Shown here one piece after another: positions 24,069 through 37,632 of a DNA stretch of 64,000 nt. Below the pieces are notes generated by a model that was not told the origin of the DNA, did not search any database, and was given only the letters and a program-made list of their open reading frames with translations. This stretch comes from Pavona decussata (lineage: Eukaryota): NCBI GenBank assembly GCA_977016875.1, contig CDRNST010000013.1:806001-870000 (forward strand). The letters run 5' to 3'. The first letter of the stretch is position 1. Every line of letters starts with the position of its first letter. Made by a program: the position numbers and the translations under genes.

Positions 24069-26186
24069 AGGACCGGAACGAAGCCATCCTAACTTGCTCC
24101 TCACAGCTATCACGCCGGACTCGCCACGTACAGTGTCACCTTCGACAATGTTTCATTAAATTATCAGCACCAATATGTATATTGATTGAATCTCCTCCTT
24201 CATTGTCGCAATCGTCGGCCAATTCTAAGCACTCCAGATGAGGAAATTTACAGATGTCAATCTTGCTTGACACCGATGAACATATCACTGGAAAACTCAA
24301 GCCAGTGATTTCAATTTCTTCATGACCGGATTTGTGTAAGCGCAGTTTTTCAACCTCACAACTTTGCTCCCTGAAAGTGTTCAAATGCAATGTCTTGGTC
24401 TTGTAGGGCTTCAAATTTAAGTTCGAGTTCCAAATTGTTGGTCACGTAGGAATGTTGACTGCCATTATCGAAAATAATTCGCACTAGTGTTGATTTGGTT
24501 CCATCTTCATTACTAGCAAAGGTTCTCGCGATTTGCAGCAGTACTGTCTTATTTTTTCCAGATGTCGTATTATTGATCACTTCAGAGCTGTCTGGTGTCC
24601 TCTCCTTGATCAGTGGAACAGAAGTACCTGTGTTTACGGCCTGTTGAATCCCCCACAAATTGATTGATGGTTTCTTTGTTTGTAATTGCGGCATGTTTTC
24701 GTTGACCGACATTCATGACTGCGATGACCAAAGCTGAGGCACACAAAACATCTGTTTTTTCTTTGAAGAATTCCTCTGCGCTTTTGTGGATTGGTGACTC
24801 TTTTGCATGAAGTGGAGTAATGCAGCTCTTTGCAGTACACACAACGAATAGTGAAATTCTGGATACTTTGAGACTTTTGATCATGATTAGAGAGAAAGGT
24901 TGAAGTGCACGTTCCCGAAACCTTGTGAGGGGCGTTGTTCAATGGCGCTGACTTTTGAGTGAAATTGTTGTTGGCTTTAACAGTTTCACGGGCTTCTCAC
25001 GCTTCCAATTCTGTTTTGATGATCTTCATGAGATCTTCTATGTTCCAAACGTCTGTATTTGAATTCCTAGCGATTTGAATTCGAATTTCGGTCGGTAGCT
25101 TTGACATTATCATGGGTATGAGCAGACTGCCACATTCTTTTGAAGAAACACCCAATGAAGCCAAACCTCTCGTATGAATGCTTATCTTGTCATAAACAGT
25201 TCTAAGTGAATGCGGCTTGTCATTAACACAGTTCGGTATTTTCAACAGTTTGTCCATGTGAGCGCTGATGATCTGTTGAGGTTTGCCAAAACGATTGTTA
25301 AGTGGTTCTACAGCTGAGTTGTTGTTGGCTTCGGTTAGATTTAAACCTTGTACGTCGCTGCAGCTGGGCCCTCGACCAGAGATTTCAAGTAGTTAAACTT
25401 GTTGATATTGGGAATTGCTTCATTGGAATGAATAGTGGAATTGTACATATCCCAAAACTTGTTCCAATTTGTCATTTCTCCTCGAAATTAAGTTTGGGAA
25501 GTTTCAGTTTGGTTGTCCTAACTGAGCTCGTAGTCAATGAAGAATTCTTAGAAGACGGATTTTGCCCCATAGATGAAACATTAACATATGATGCTTGAAT
25601 GTTCCACACTCGAATTCTTTCCCAGCATTCCAAGATTCTTGCAATTACATGGTCGGATTCCTCAATCTCTTGGGTGAGTTGTTCCAAATCACAGACATTT
25701 TGTATATCTGTGTCCAGTTTTTCCAGAGTAGTTAACTTTCCCTCCAATTGTCGGTCGATTACTTGAAGTCGGTTCACTTCGAATGCACTTGCGTTGTTCA
25801 GCAATACATCAACTTCTTTTACAATTTAGTAACTGTGCCACAATGGCCACCTCACATTGATCGCAAACAACTCAATGTTTCCTTCGGGTCTGCATTCATT
25901 GACTCTGGGCTAGAAGCGCCCCATGTTGGACACCAATTTGTCGTAAAGCAGATCCAGAAGAAAACCAAACGCAATGACATTCACAAATGATTTAATCGAA
26001 ATTTACTAGACTCGTGCTATTTACAACATGCTCGAAAAGGATAAAACCACAACTGAACTTTGATACACAGACAAAACGATATAAAAGATACAAAAGTACG
26101 TGCTGATGTAATCACGAGGTACACGTCAATCAAATTAATAATCAAATGTCAATCATCAATGTACTGTTTGGATGTACGGTCCAACA
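24069..26186 (-). mobile_element. BEL/Pao LTR retrotransposon 5' part (LTR, PBS, gag, protease)
   Basis: LTR TG...CA 26186-25939; PBS TGGTGTCCAACATGGGGC (25935-25918) close to tRNA-Lys PBS; KLPKL, CCHC knuckles, FDNGSQ.SY, SKLGW..SGP. Confidence 0.85.
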
Positions 26187-26517
26187 AGACAAATAAAGTA
26201 AACAAACGATTTACGACATCCTAGATCAATTTTACGCTGATAGTAGGTCGAAGAAGTCGAATTGTAATCTGTGCAATGCTTGTGCTCGAGAGAAGAATTC
26301 ACATGCAATCACTATCCCATAATAACCTATTTTATGCTAATCCACCTCAAGTAAGACTACTTGTAGTGTCCTTAGTGAGTTGCGTCTGACTATTGGGCTG
26401 CAATCAACGGAAAACACAACAATGCCATTGCCGTTGCTATGGCAACCATACTTAGGAATGAGAGCGCGAAATTTGAAAACGCTCGTTAAAATTTGAATAT
26501 TTCAGTCAAATTCAAGT

Positions 26518-26760
26518 GTTGGTTTCGTTGATCGTGGCAGTTGCATACTTCAAATGGTGCATAACGCCTTTGGTTAAGGCTTACAGAAATATGGCAAGGA
26601 AGTAGACCAGTTTTGTTTGGATCTGCTTGTTATTTTCAAGCATAGTGCTGCTAGGAGGGAAGACCACCAGCAACTACAGTTTGACATGCCCATGGGAACT
26701 GACTTGCACACATTTGAGCAACACATGGAGGTATGTTGTCGGTTACTGTGGCCTTAAAGC
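26518..26760 (+). pseudogene. hAT transposase fragment, part 2
   Basis: FVDRGSCILQMVHNAFG...FKHSAARRED continues part 1 (CxxH region). Confidence 0.7.
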
Positions 26761-27332
26761 CAATTCCATAGACAAATGTTTTTCCACCACTGTTCACATT
26801 CACGGATGGATTTAGCCAGGAAAGGACCTCAATACATGTTTGGGAAAGGACTATTGTGAGTAAGAAATGATTGTTAGAATAACAATAACCATGCAGCATC
26901 ATTAATAAACTAAATTGTAACTGTGTTATTTTATTTCATTTGCCCTCATTATAAATAAGTTGGCACCAGCCTTGTGTTTGCATGTATATAAAACCACAAG
27001 ACATTGATTACTTTATATGTTACAGAGACAGGTGACTCAAAAGAAAATTGTCCAAAACTTTTTACATTTTTGATACTTTTTACAAAAGGGGGCATGGTGG
27101 GAAAACAGACAATAATAACAAAAAAAAAAGTTTTTCATAGAAGTCCAACATTTCTTCAAGTTTCATTTCTTCAAGTCATTCCTATTAAATTAAAGTAGAT
27201 GGTTTAAGGTCTTAAGAAGGTAACAATATAAGATTCTTTATTTGATGTAATTCATATTATAAAGTAATAAAAGTTATTAACTTCTACCCAAGATTTGCTG
27301 GAGTTGATAAAAAGGGTCCATTTAAACACTAT

Positions 27333-27662
27333 CTTAAAGGAATGTTGTTATATTCATTTTGTTTCTTCACATAAAAATCCAAATCAATTTGAAATTGACC
27401 CTAAATTAATCGATATCTAAGTAAATTGGACTGACAGTGACAGGGACTATGACAAAGGACAATTTACCTACTAGAAATTAGTTCATAACATGAATTAGTT
27501 CATAACTTAAAGGAATGTTGTTATATTCATTTTGTTTCCTCACATAAAAATTAAAAACAATTTAAAATTGACCCTAAATTAATCAACATCTAAATAAATT
27601 GGACTGACAGTGACAGGGACAATGACAAAGGACAATGTACCTACTAGAAATTAGTTCATAAC
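27333..27662. repeat. Tandem duplication, 173-bp period
   Basis: CTTAAAGGAATGTTGTTATATTC at 27333 and 27506. Confidence 0.85.
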
Positions 27663-27757
27663 CTATTCACAACTTAAATGGAAAACTGTAATTACTACAG
27701 AAAAAGAAAAGGTTAAACTGTGGTTTAAAATAAAATTAGGAGCTCCTGAGAGTCTTA

Positions 27758-27943
27758 CCTTTCTGGTTTAACGTAGCTAAGAGGATAACACTCCCCCTGG
27801 GTACCAGGGCTCCATGTGCAGTGGAGCCCTGCATCAAACCTCCTTGTAATTGCAGGAGGAACTCAGCCAAAGCTGCTGTCATTTTGCCATCACCCAGCAT
27901 TACGACAAACCCTGTTCTTGCCACTTTGTCCATACCCATTTTA
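27758..27943 (-). pseudogene. Orphan exon, possible SF3/AAA+ helicase-like segment (Walker B to sensor-1)
   Basis: TTTAG acceptor and G|GTAAG donor; TGFVVMLGD...GGLMQGS..G...P.GSVILLATLN. Confidence 0.3.
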
Positions 27944-29405
27944 CTAAATTGAAAAAGAAACAAATATTTAAATGTGCTCGTAATTTTCCAATTAACTGTA
28001 CTCTAACCTTGTGATGCCTATAATACATGTTAGTATTATTATAAAACATATCCTTTGCATCAAGAGGAAACTCAGAAAAAATCAGATCTCCAGATGAGAT
28101 AAGAACCCACGACCATCCATGATCTAGACAGATGCATTTCAACAAGAAAAGACTCGCTTGGTTAATATATATCCTTTTGACATCAATGTATCCAGACTGA
28201 ACTCAAGTGCACATGCAATTTGGAGTTCAAAAAGGTAACTATACCCGTACTCATAAAATTAATCTAGTTCGCAGAAAAAAAGATGATTGCAGTGCACAAG
28301 TAAATAAATAGATCCCCAAGGTCAAGATGGTCATATAGATTTAGAATTAAATTGTTCTTCTTGGACATCCCTTTTTATTATTTAGAGAGGGATGTGGTCA
28401 GCAGTTGTTCAGCCATAGTACAGTGTAACAGCCTTTAATTTTGCTTATTTATTTCTGGGATGGGATACAATTACGGGATAGGAAAATGATGACTGTAATT
28501 ATTAGTTAATTATGCAACACAGGTAAATTGGAATTACTTAGTGAAGTTCCAGACAGACACTGATCTCGTAGGGAGACAATAAAGGGGTGATCTTTCCTCT
28601 GACACCCCTGCCCAGAGGCAAGTATACAAAAAATACAAATGAAACGTAAGATAACAATTTATCTAAAAGATATGCGCCAGCCAAAATTAACAATCCACTA
28701 GGATAAGAGTTGAATGTCAATAATTCATAAAATCAGCGAGTTAATTAATGAGTTAAAGTACTTGGGACCTTGAAAGGTAACAGAGAATTGGTGAAGGTTT
28801 GTTCTACAGAAAGGAATGTAATGTAATGCGACTTACGTCAATTATCGTAAAAAGTATTCTTACTCTACAAACAATTAAACAGCCCGATATACTTACTTAC
28901 TTACTGAATCCTCTTCATCCCTAGGTGGAACATAGGTCCTCAACTAACGCGCGCCACCTAACCCTATTTTGTGCAGTGCCTTTCGCCTCGTTCCACGTAA
29001 GATGTTTCGCCCCCAACTCTGCCATTCTCGTACATCTCCAGGTGTACTGGGGTCTCCCTCTCTTTCGCTTCCCCTGTGGGTTCCACTCCAGTGCCCTCTT
29101 GGGCGCTTTCCATTCAACCAAAAATTCCGGAAATTCCGGGTTTTGTAGCGAATGGAACAGACATTTTCCGGAATTTCATTCCGAAATTTTGGGTGTACCT
29201 CGCGAGGTTGGCCTAAAATTCCGGAAAATCGGAATAACCGGAAAATTCCGTTCCATTCGACCATTCCTGCTTGCGCCCAGTTTCTCAGAGTCCGGAAATC
29301 GAACTCAACATGGCTGCCAATATGGCTGCTCAATATCAGTGTTCCGCTTGCATGCGATCTACTGATGACTTGAATGTTCTTTTGAACCACGTTTGCACGG
29401 CGGCC

Positions 29406-30788
29406 ATGGCAAACTTTGGTAAGTAGTGCGAAAATGCATATAAGCTACGCGCAATGTCTTAAATTAATGTGATAAGCGACGAGCACACTTTCTATTGCAA
29501 GGCAAATATTCCCGCCATTACTGGGTTAGGAGTGTTAATGCATATATTTTGTAGCGTCAACGTTTTCTTTTCGCATTCTTTATGCCTATAATTATAACAG
29601 TGCATGTACTGTTCCCGAGCTAAGTGAAACGGATAATATTAAAGAGTAGATGGATTCACAACTAGAAAGCATGAGGAGCTTCAATTTGCTAAGTTTATTT
29701 ATTAAGCTTGAATTAATATTTTCCCTACTAGTACTAGCAATGCTCAGGGCAAGCGAAAAATGAGATGAATGCTCTGCTAACTTTGAAATGTATATTTAAT
29801 ATGTTAGAAATTCAAATTTCAAGTCGCTAGCTTACTTACAAGCTGTTATTGTAGTTTAATTTCAACTGATCTATACCTGCTGCATCAGTTTTAGGTTTCT
29901 TTTTAAAACACACAATGAACTTTATATTAAGTCTAAGGTCAACTCGGATCTCCTGAATCACATACCATTGATTTAAAGCATGCCTAAACAGATAACTTAA
30001 TTATCCAATACATGCTGTAAACAAATGATTTTTCATTCTTTGACATACCTATTTACTTAAAATAAGTGAACTAATTAATTAATTTCTTGCTTCTTTAACT
30101 GACTTTGCTTTCTGTAGATGCAGCAACTGAAACAGAGTCACCAGAGAGCCTACAAAAGTGGGATGATAAGCATGTCCGCTTGCTCATTGAAAACTATGGT
30201 CAATTCAAACATCTATTAAAGAAAGGAAAGACAACAAAAAAGGATGTCTTCCAGAAAATCTGTAACCACTTTAATGAAACTTCGGAGTATAAAGTAACTG
30301 TTGATCAGTGTATAAGAAAGTGGGATAAACTTGTTGCAAAGTTTAAACAAGTTGAAGATAACAATAAGCAAACAGGAAAAGCAAGACAAACGTGTAAATT
30401 TTATGACAGTCTACAAGAATGTATTGGGGAGAGCTGCAAGGTTAATCCAAGCTATACCTTTGATGTTGCACGTGTGGCCTCTTCTTCATTTGCACGTGCA
30501 GCCTCTTCTTCGTCAAGCCAAAGTGATTCAACTGCAGAATGTGATGACAATGGTGATGAGCTTGAAGATGATGAAGGTGGCAATAGTCTGGAGGGAGCAA
30601 AGAATGGAAATAAAAGAGTAAGAAAAAGAAAAAGCCACTCATCAGCGGCTGAGATGCTTACATTTTTGCAGTCCTACTCAGAGAAGAGAGAGAAGGTAGA
30701 AGAAGAAAAAATCTCCTTACTAAGAGAGAGGCAGAAAGAAAAAAAAGAACTTTTTGGCCAACTTTTGGATGTTCTAAAAAAGAAATAG
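29406..30788 (+). CDS. Harbinger Myb/SANT (trihelix-like) DNA-binding protein, exons 29406-29418 and 30118-30788
   Basis: ATGGCAAACTTTG|GTAAGT spliced to CTGTAG|AT is in frame; KW....RLLI...F..I...F...VTVDQCIRKW..L; no stops. Confidence 0.8.
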
Positions 30789-31267
30789 CTGAGTTAAGCC
30801 TTGTTCTGCAGTGTAGAATCTCAATATGTTGAACATGATTTTTTGCTTAAAGTTGTCATGATTCTACTGCATCTGGACATTTTTCTTTGCAGTGTTGTGT
30901 TATGATTTTATTTATAATGGTCTGTTCCCTATCTAAGCCTTCCCAGCCCTTAAAAAATCTCAGACATTCAAATGTGTCATTTCTCACTTATAGCCCATCT
31001 TCACAGCCAAATGTCTTCCACCACACCATAAATAGTCAATGTTGCAGAGGACTGTCAAATATACACAATAGGCCGGGCTTGTATTTGAGTCTATTCCCCT
31101 TACTTGGATGGAAATGAACTGTACAATTTGTTTGTTGCTTATTCTAAAGCATTCCTGCTGAAAGAAAAATTAAACCAGGGTTTGACATTCATCACAACAT
31201 AGTGGAAATACTAATAATAATGTTGAGGTTGTTAATTATTCTGCTTGAGTTATTAAACTACTGTTAC

Positions 31268-33239
31268 TTATGTACAAATAGTGTTCATCAGATGGGTCCT
31301 TTTTTGTCCAGCTCTTTCATCTGGTTGGTTCCCATTGTCATGAGGATCATCATCACCAAAGTCGCCATCATCAATATAGCCATCATAAAAATCATCATGG
31401 ATAATGCAAAAATTGTGAAGTACACAAGCCGATATTATCAGATGAACTGTAAGTTGTAGATCCATATGATCCAAGAAAAGGAGTTTCTTCCATCGCCCTT
31501 TCAAAAGTCCAATTGCTCTTTCCACTTTCTGCCTCAGTGATGAAAGGACTGTATTGAACCTTCTCTGTTGCCGAGTCAAATGACCGTTATCCCTGTAAGG
31601 AGTGATGAGCCATCTAGAAACAAAACTCATGCTTTAGGCCATCGCAATATTGCCCGGGGGGGGGGGGGGGTACTTCCTTATAAGAGGCTAATGGGGATGT
31701 GCCGCTGGATGGGGTCCCATTTTCACGCCTGGATGGACTAGAATGGGGTTGCATTTTCAATAGTTACTAGAATGGGGTGGCACATTTTCGGATTTTTGGG
31801 GTAAGAAAATTCTATTAAGTAGGGCTTCAAAATGGTCTCGGTTAAAAAGTTCAGAAAGTTGTTGTTTATTAAATGTAACAATCACCTCGCATTACATTCC
31901 GTTATTGAAAGTAGATGAATAAATAGAAAGTGACTTAGTTGGGAAAAGTCACTAAGATGGGGTCTATAACTGGCCACAAAATAGACTATAATGGGGCAGG
32001 GGCTCTGAGAGGCCAGCGCACATACCCAGCAAAACTGAACCCAAGTATCCCCCCCCCCCCTCCCAGGAAATTTTGTAGCTAAAGGGGCTACCCAGATCAC
32101 AGCCATTAAGTAATAGCTCTAAATTTGAAATTCAAAGAGTAAAAGTCTTTTACTGGCAAAAGCATAGCATACAGTGTATGGTAGTTCATCAACATTAAAT
32201 GTACTCCAAAAACAGTTAAGTAGGGAGTGGAGAGAACTACTATCAATAGGTCTGGTAATTCGGCAGTGGTTTTTACTGATGCACACCTCAATAATGGATA
32301 TCCTCCATCTCCAAGGAGATGAGTATCTCCAGGAAACTTATTTACTGCCGTGTGGAAGAGCTCAGAATTACGAAGCACCCTGGAGTCATGGACTGATCCA
32401 GGCCATCCAGCCAGAACATCAGTGAAAACCATATTGTTATCGCAAACAAGCTGAGGAAGTAAATAAATGGCCCCGTGAGAGGAATTCATTGTATTATCAA
32501 TTTCAATTAAATTATATTTATGAATACTTGCTTTTCTGTTACCTGCACATTCAACGAGAAGAACTTTTTTCTGTTTATATATGCATCTGGGTCATCTTCT
32601 GGGGCCCGGATCCGGATGTGAGTACCGTCAATCAAACCAATGACGCCAGGGAATCCCCCTTCGTCTTCAAAGCTGGTTCGTATGGCGAGCTTTTCATTTG
32701 CTGTAAAACAATTGTCAAAGTAACTAGTCTGCAAATTTATCTTTTACTTTTGCTCGGTGCCTGACTAAAGAAACTCACCATTAGGCCATCTGATAAATTG
32801 ACCTGAAAGATCAATTGCCGCTTGTGATACTTGCTTCAGAACCCGGTCCACGCTACTCAGTGTAATGTCGAACCTGTCTGCCACTGCTCAAGCAGGCTCT
32901 TGGTTAGCCATACACCAGAGGAAAGCTAAAACTTGTTTTGGGGGTGGGATGGCAGCTCGCTCCATTCCCAAGTGGTATCCTTCCTGTGGGCATGACGGCG
33001 CGAGTGAACAGCTCGCAAGTTTCTCTTGTCATCCTGAAGTGACCCTTAAACTCGTCAGGAAAATAGAGAGGTATCGTGCTCTCAAAGTAGTCGCGGGCTC
33101 GGTTTAAATCCCTACGCATGTAGGAGATACCCGCACTAAACAGCATTATTTCGTCGTCCTCGTCCAACATTTCGCTAATTTCGACTTCATAGTCGTCGAG
33201 CAACTCTAAGGCAAGTAAAATAGGCAAAGAGTCCGCCAT
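31268..33239 (-). pseudogene. Harbinger DDE transposase (HARBI1-like), 4 exons, disabled
   Basis: IDGTH, GWPGSVHDSRV, LLGDGGY, VERAIGLLKGRW; frameshift near 32960 and TGA at 32888-32890. Confidence 0.9.
31653..32066. mobile_element. MITE with poly-G/poly-C termini inside the Harbinger intron
   Basis: CCCGGGG...GTACTT start and AAGTATCCCC...CCCAGG end. Confidence 0.55.
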
Positions 33240-33634
33240 TATTTTATTCCCCTGTTTATTTGGTATTTTCACGCGAAAATTGGTACGTGATGGACTGGGA
33301 CGGCTCGGTTCAAACCAACCGGAATATACTGTTCCATTCGTCACATGGAATGCGCGAAATTTCATTCCAGAATTTTTGGTCGAATGGAAAGCGCCCCTTG
33401 ACTACGTGTCCATATGGTCTCCTCAGCGTGTGGCCGATCCAACCCCAAGCTCGCTGTCTTATCTCTTCCTCTATCGGTCGTTGCCCTGTTTGTCTTCAAA
33501 GCTCATTATTGCTGATTTTTCTAGGCCACCAAATCCGCAAAATGGTCCTCAGGCTCTTATTGATGAACACTTGCAGCTTCTGCTCCAGTCCCTTGGTCAG
33601 CCTCCAAGTTTCAGAACCATACAAGAGCACTGCC

Positions 33635-34240
33635 TTCACATTTGACCCAAAGACTCTCAGCTTGGTCTTGGTTGTTAGTGCCTGTCTTGCCTTTCCAATT
33701 CGTGCCTTAATGCCCTCATCAGTGCCTCCCTTCTTGCTTACAATGCTCCCAAGGTATGTGAACTTGTCCACTTCTTCAACCCACTCCCCAGCGACTGACA
33801 CACCATCGCCATGTTAGGTACCAATACGCTTTGTCTTGGTGGCATTGATCTTCAGGCCTACCTTTGCACTCTGTACCTCCAAGGCCCGTGTCTTATCCCT
33901 CATGTCCTGTATTCTGTGCGACAGTAGGGCCAGATCATTCACATTTGACCCAAAGACTCTCAGCTTGGTCTTGGTTGTTAGTGCCTTTCTTGCCTTTCCA
34001 ATTCGTGCCTTAATGCCCTCATCAGTGCCTCCCTTCTTGCTTACAATGCTCCCAAGGTATGTGAACTTGTCCACTTCTTCAACCCACTCCCCAGCGACTG
34101 ACACACCATCGCCACGTTAGGTACCAATACGCTTTGTCTTGGTGGGATTGATCTTCAGGCCTACCTTTGCACTCTGTACCTCCAAGGCCCGTGTCTTATC
34201 CCTCATATCCTGTATTCTGTGCGACAGTAGGGCCAGATCA
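33635..34240. repeat. 303-bp in-frame tandem duplication inside the RTE RT
   Basis: TTCACATTTGACCCAAAGACTC at 33635 and 33938; duplicated ORFs 33496-33801 and 33814-34104. Confidence 0.9.
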
Positions 34241-37200
34241 TTGGCAAAGTCAAGGTCTTCTAACAATGTCGTAAAGGTCCACTGAATACCTCTCTTCCTG
34301 TCAAAGGCTGTCCTCGTCACCCAATCCAGGGCGACCAGAAACAGCAAGGGAGATAGCAGGCAGCCTTGTCTTACCACAGTCCTCATATTCAGTGGTTGAT
34401 TCTTCTGCCTATTGTGTAACACCTGTGCAGAGAAACCCTCATAGAGAACTCTGATGATGGTGACTATCTTGTCAGGCATCCCGTAATGCCGCAACAACCT
34501 CCACAAAACATCTCTGCTGATACTATCGAAGGCCTTTTTGAAATCTATCAAGTTCATGTACAAGGAGGACTGCCACTCGATACTCTGCTCTACAATAATC
34601 CGCAGTGTTGCTATTTGATCTGTACAGCTTCAGCCCGCTCGGAAGCCCACCTGTTCCTCTCTCAGCCTTTCATCCAGCACAGTCTTGATGCGCCCTAGGA
34701 TCACTCTGCAAAACGCCTTACTTGCCATGTTCAGCAACATGATCCCACGCCAGTTTTTACAGCAGCTCAGATCACCTTTCTCGTGCAGCTTGATTAGCAG
34801 ACCTTTTCTCCATTCCTCTGGTATCTTCTCCTCACTCCATATCCTGTTGCAGAGGTTCAGAAGAACCTCTGATGTATCCCCTCCCACCTTTATTGCCTCT
34901 GGTGGAATATTGTCACCTCCTGCAGCCTTCCCGTTTTTTAACTTCTTTATAGCATTCTTGATTTCAATACATGTGATGTGAACTGTCTTGATGTTAAGTC
35001 TGTCACTTGGCTTCACTTCTGGTGGGTTGAGCGGCTCTTCATGGTTAAGCACTGTTTGAATGTGTGCCCTCCACCGGTGCATCTCCTCCTCTACTGTCCT
35101 GAGCAACATGCCTGCCTCGTTTCTCACTGGCTTGCACGTATTCTGAAATCTCCCACTTAGCTTTCTGGTGATCTCGTACAAAGTTTTTATGTCACCTCTC
35201 TTTCCAGCCTCCTCAGCTCTCTCAGCTTCGGATTCCACATACACCCTCCTGTCTCTCCTACACCTCCCCTTCACCTCCCTATTCAACTCTTGGTATTTTT
35301 TACCTGCCTCTCTCTTCTGGTTTCTCGTTCTGGACATGTTTGCGGTGTTTTTTGCCATCTTTCGCTGCTCAATTATCTCCCAAGTCTCGTTACTGATCCA
35401 CTCTTTCCCATTTGCCCTACCCAGCACCTGCTCGCAAGTCTCCACGTAACACTGTTCGATGTGCCTCCATTCATCATCCACTGACAGTTCCTCCTTCTCC
35501 ATCAACTGCTGGAGACCCTTTAATCTATTGTGCAGTGCTTCATCTTGCTGACCTCAAAACGCACTCGGCCACTTTCACCCTTTCTCACTTTGGCAATCCT
35601 TAGCCTGACTTTTGCCATCAACAGGTGGTGGTCTGACCCAACGTTTGCCTCGCGCATCGCACGAACGTCCTGCAGGGAGCTCCTCCATTTGTTGCTAAAT
35701 GCCAGGTGGTCGATCTGATTCACAATACCACCATCAGGAGACCTCCATGTCTGCCTGTGACACTCCTTATGGCGGAACAGCGTGCCACCAATGACCGGTT
35801 CATTTGCATGAACAGAAGTCCGCCAATCTCTCACCATTTTCATTCATCTCAGCTCTTGCTCCATGCTTACCCATCACCTCCTCCCTGCCTGTATTGTCTA
35901 TCCCCACCTTAGCATTCATATGTGCCATGACGATCTTCACATCTCTGCATGGCACCTGCTCCAAAACCATCTGTAGCTAGTCGTAGAAATCATCCTTCGC
36001 TTCCTCCATTGCCTCATTTGTTGGGGCATAGCATTGCAATATGGTAACCTGTTGCCACCTCGAGTTGAACCTGGCTCTGATCATCCTCTCAGACACTGGT
36101 TCCCATTCCAGCAGACATTGTGCAGCTTCTTTGGATACAATGAAGCCAACTCTAAAATATAAATATATTTTGTGTAAGGGGTCTTGACAAAGTGCGAGCC
36201 AGCGAATCATGCGAGCCATTTCAGTTTACCTAAATAATACATTGGTTAGCCTAAATATCTGTCTGGTTAGCCTAAATGGTACTCCAGTTAGCCTATAGTT
36301 GGCTTATGTACCTTGTGGTTAGGTTTAAATTTGGGATCAGGGATTTCTGGCTCACATGCCTTGTCCACTCACATATTGTACAAACTTGTGATCAAGCATC
36401 ACAACAGAGTTCCAAATTTGCCTTGGAAGACTTGATCCTCAGCACACATTCCTGGATAATGTCGGTTACGCAGATGCACATGTATCTTAAGTTAATATTT
36501 ACAGCTATATACAGTTGATTAATGTAGATAAGCAGTCAAGTATACCATTGTTAAGATTTTGGAACATGGAAGGACTAGTAAACGAGCATATTACGAGCTA
36601 CAGGGAATGCGTTCACATCCACTATCTTATGCCAGTGAGCCAGTGGTGTGTTTAGACGAGGTTAGGGGACCTTGACATGTTTACTTCCACACTTTAGCTC
36701 ACCAGAAAGCGTGTACGATAACAACTACTTCTGATGTACGCAAAGTCAATAAATAATTGAAATTTCTTAAGCTCACTACTTCCTTGACATTAATACTTCC
36801 GGTATTGAACTAACAGTCAACATCAATGAAATGATTGAGTATTAATTGTGTAATCGATGGGTGATCAATGAGTACTAGATAAGAAATCGATAGGCCACAA
36901 AATTAGAAGCCAGCAATTAGCTGTTGATTGTATTTTTTAGCGATTGATATAAACTCGTGGCTACACAAACCATACCAAATCGAAAATAAGGAAATACATT
37001 TATTTTTTTATTTACATGTGTAGGTCGAAACAATGGCCTTAGAGGGGAAACGTTTACTCCGAGAGAAAACTTGTCAATTGGTCAATGATTACCCATCAAT
37101 TATCAATGACTAATCAGTCGATTTATCATTGGTGTTATTTTTTCTCTCATTTAAGTCAGGCGAGAGGGGTTTTCTGTTGACCAATCACAAATTAAATACA

Positions 37201-37632
37201 TGTAACCAGTGGCACGTGTGTGAAAAGGTTTTGGTTTTGCTTGTTATTGGTTGAGAAAGTGGCACGAATTTTGGTAACTAATCACAGAGCGTACTAAAGC
37301 TAAACCAAGGCAAACATGAAACTACTTTCGATACAATTGAAAATCGCTCTATTCTGTAGACCGGCAAGTTTGATTATTACATTTACTACACAATGTTAGA
37401 AGAAAATTTACAGGAAGCCATTTTAATAGAGGACGGTGACAGTGGCCCTGTTCACAAGTATACATTTATCATTTGAATGAGGAGGCTTATAAAATGGAGT
37501 AGCAAAAATCGTTATGTACAAAACAATAATAAAACAGAAATCGGTTTCACTATTCAAAAGAAAGGATAGAAAAGTTGATCATTAAAAAAAATTCTCTATG
37601 AAACAAAAGGAGAGAGAAGATAGACTTGTGAA

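Larger units (their letters stand above)
19117..26517 (-). mobile_element. Kolobok-type (Mutator-like DDE domain) element hosting ISL2EU and BEL insertions
   Basis: TTAA|GGCGGGGCTTAACC terminus; 19700-20290 encodes HRFCPQGESSWCKW...LLKRCVLGTTKNPNE; right terminus apparently deleted. Confidence 0.6.
29101..33396. mobile_element. Full-length PIF/Harbinger DNA transposon
   Basis: TIR GGGCGCTTTCCATTC.ACCAAAAATTC at both ends; 3-bp TSD CTT; two convergent genes; TTCCGG/CCGGAA subterminal motifs. Confidence 0.92.
28890..36150 (-). mobile_element. RTE-clade LINE (APE + RT) split by Harbinger
   Basis: CYAPT, SDHHL, NWRGIMLL, DFKKAFDS, RQGCLLSPLLF, LLYGSETW, GKRKRGRP..TW; (TAAG)n tail at 28890-28904. 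Confidence 0.9.

Noticed and set aside
19117-26517. KolobokP with long terminal direct repeats
   Set aside because: No direct repeat of the left end was found at the right end.
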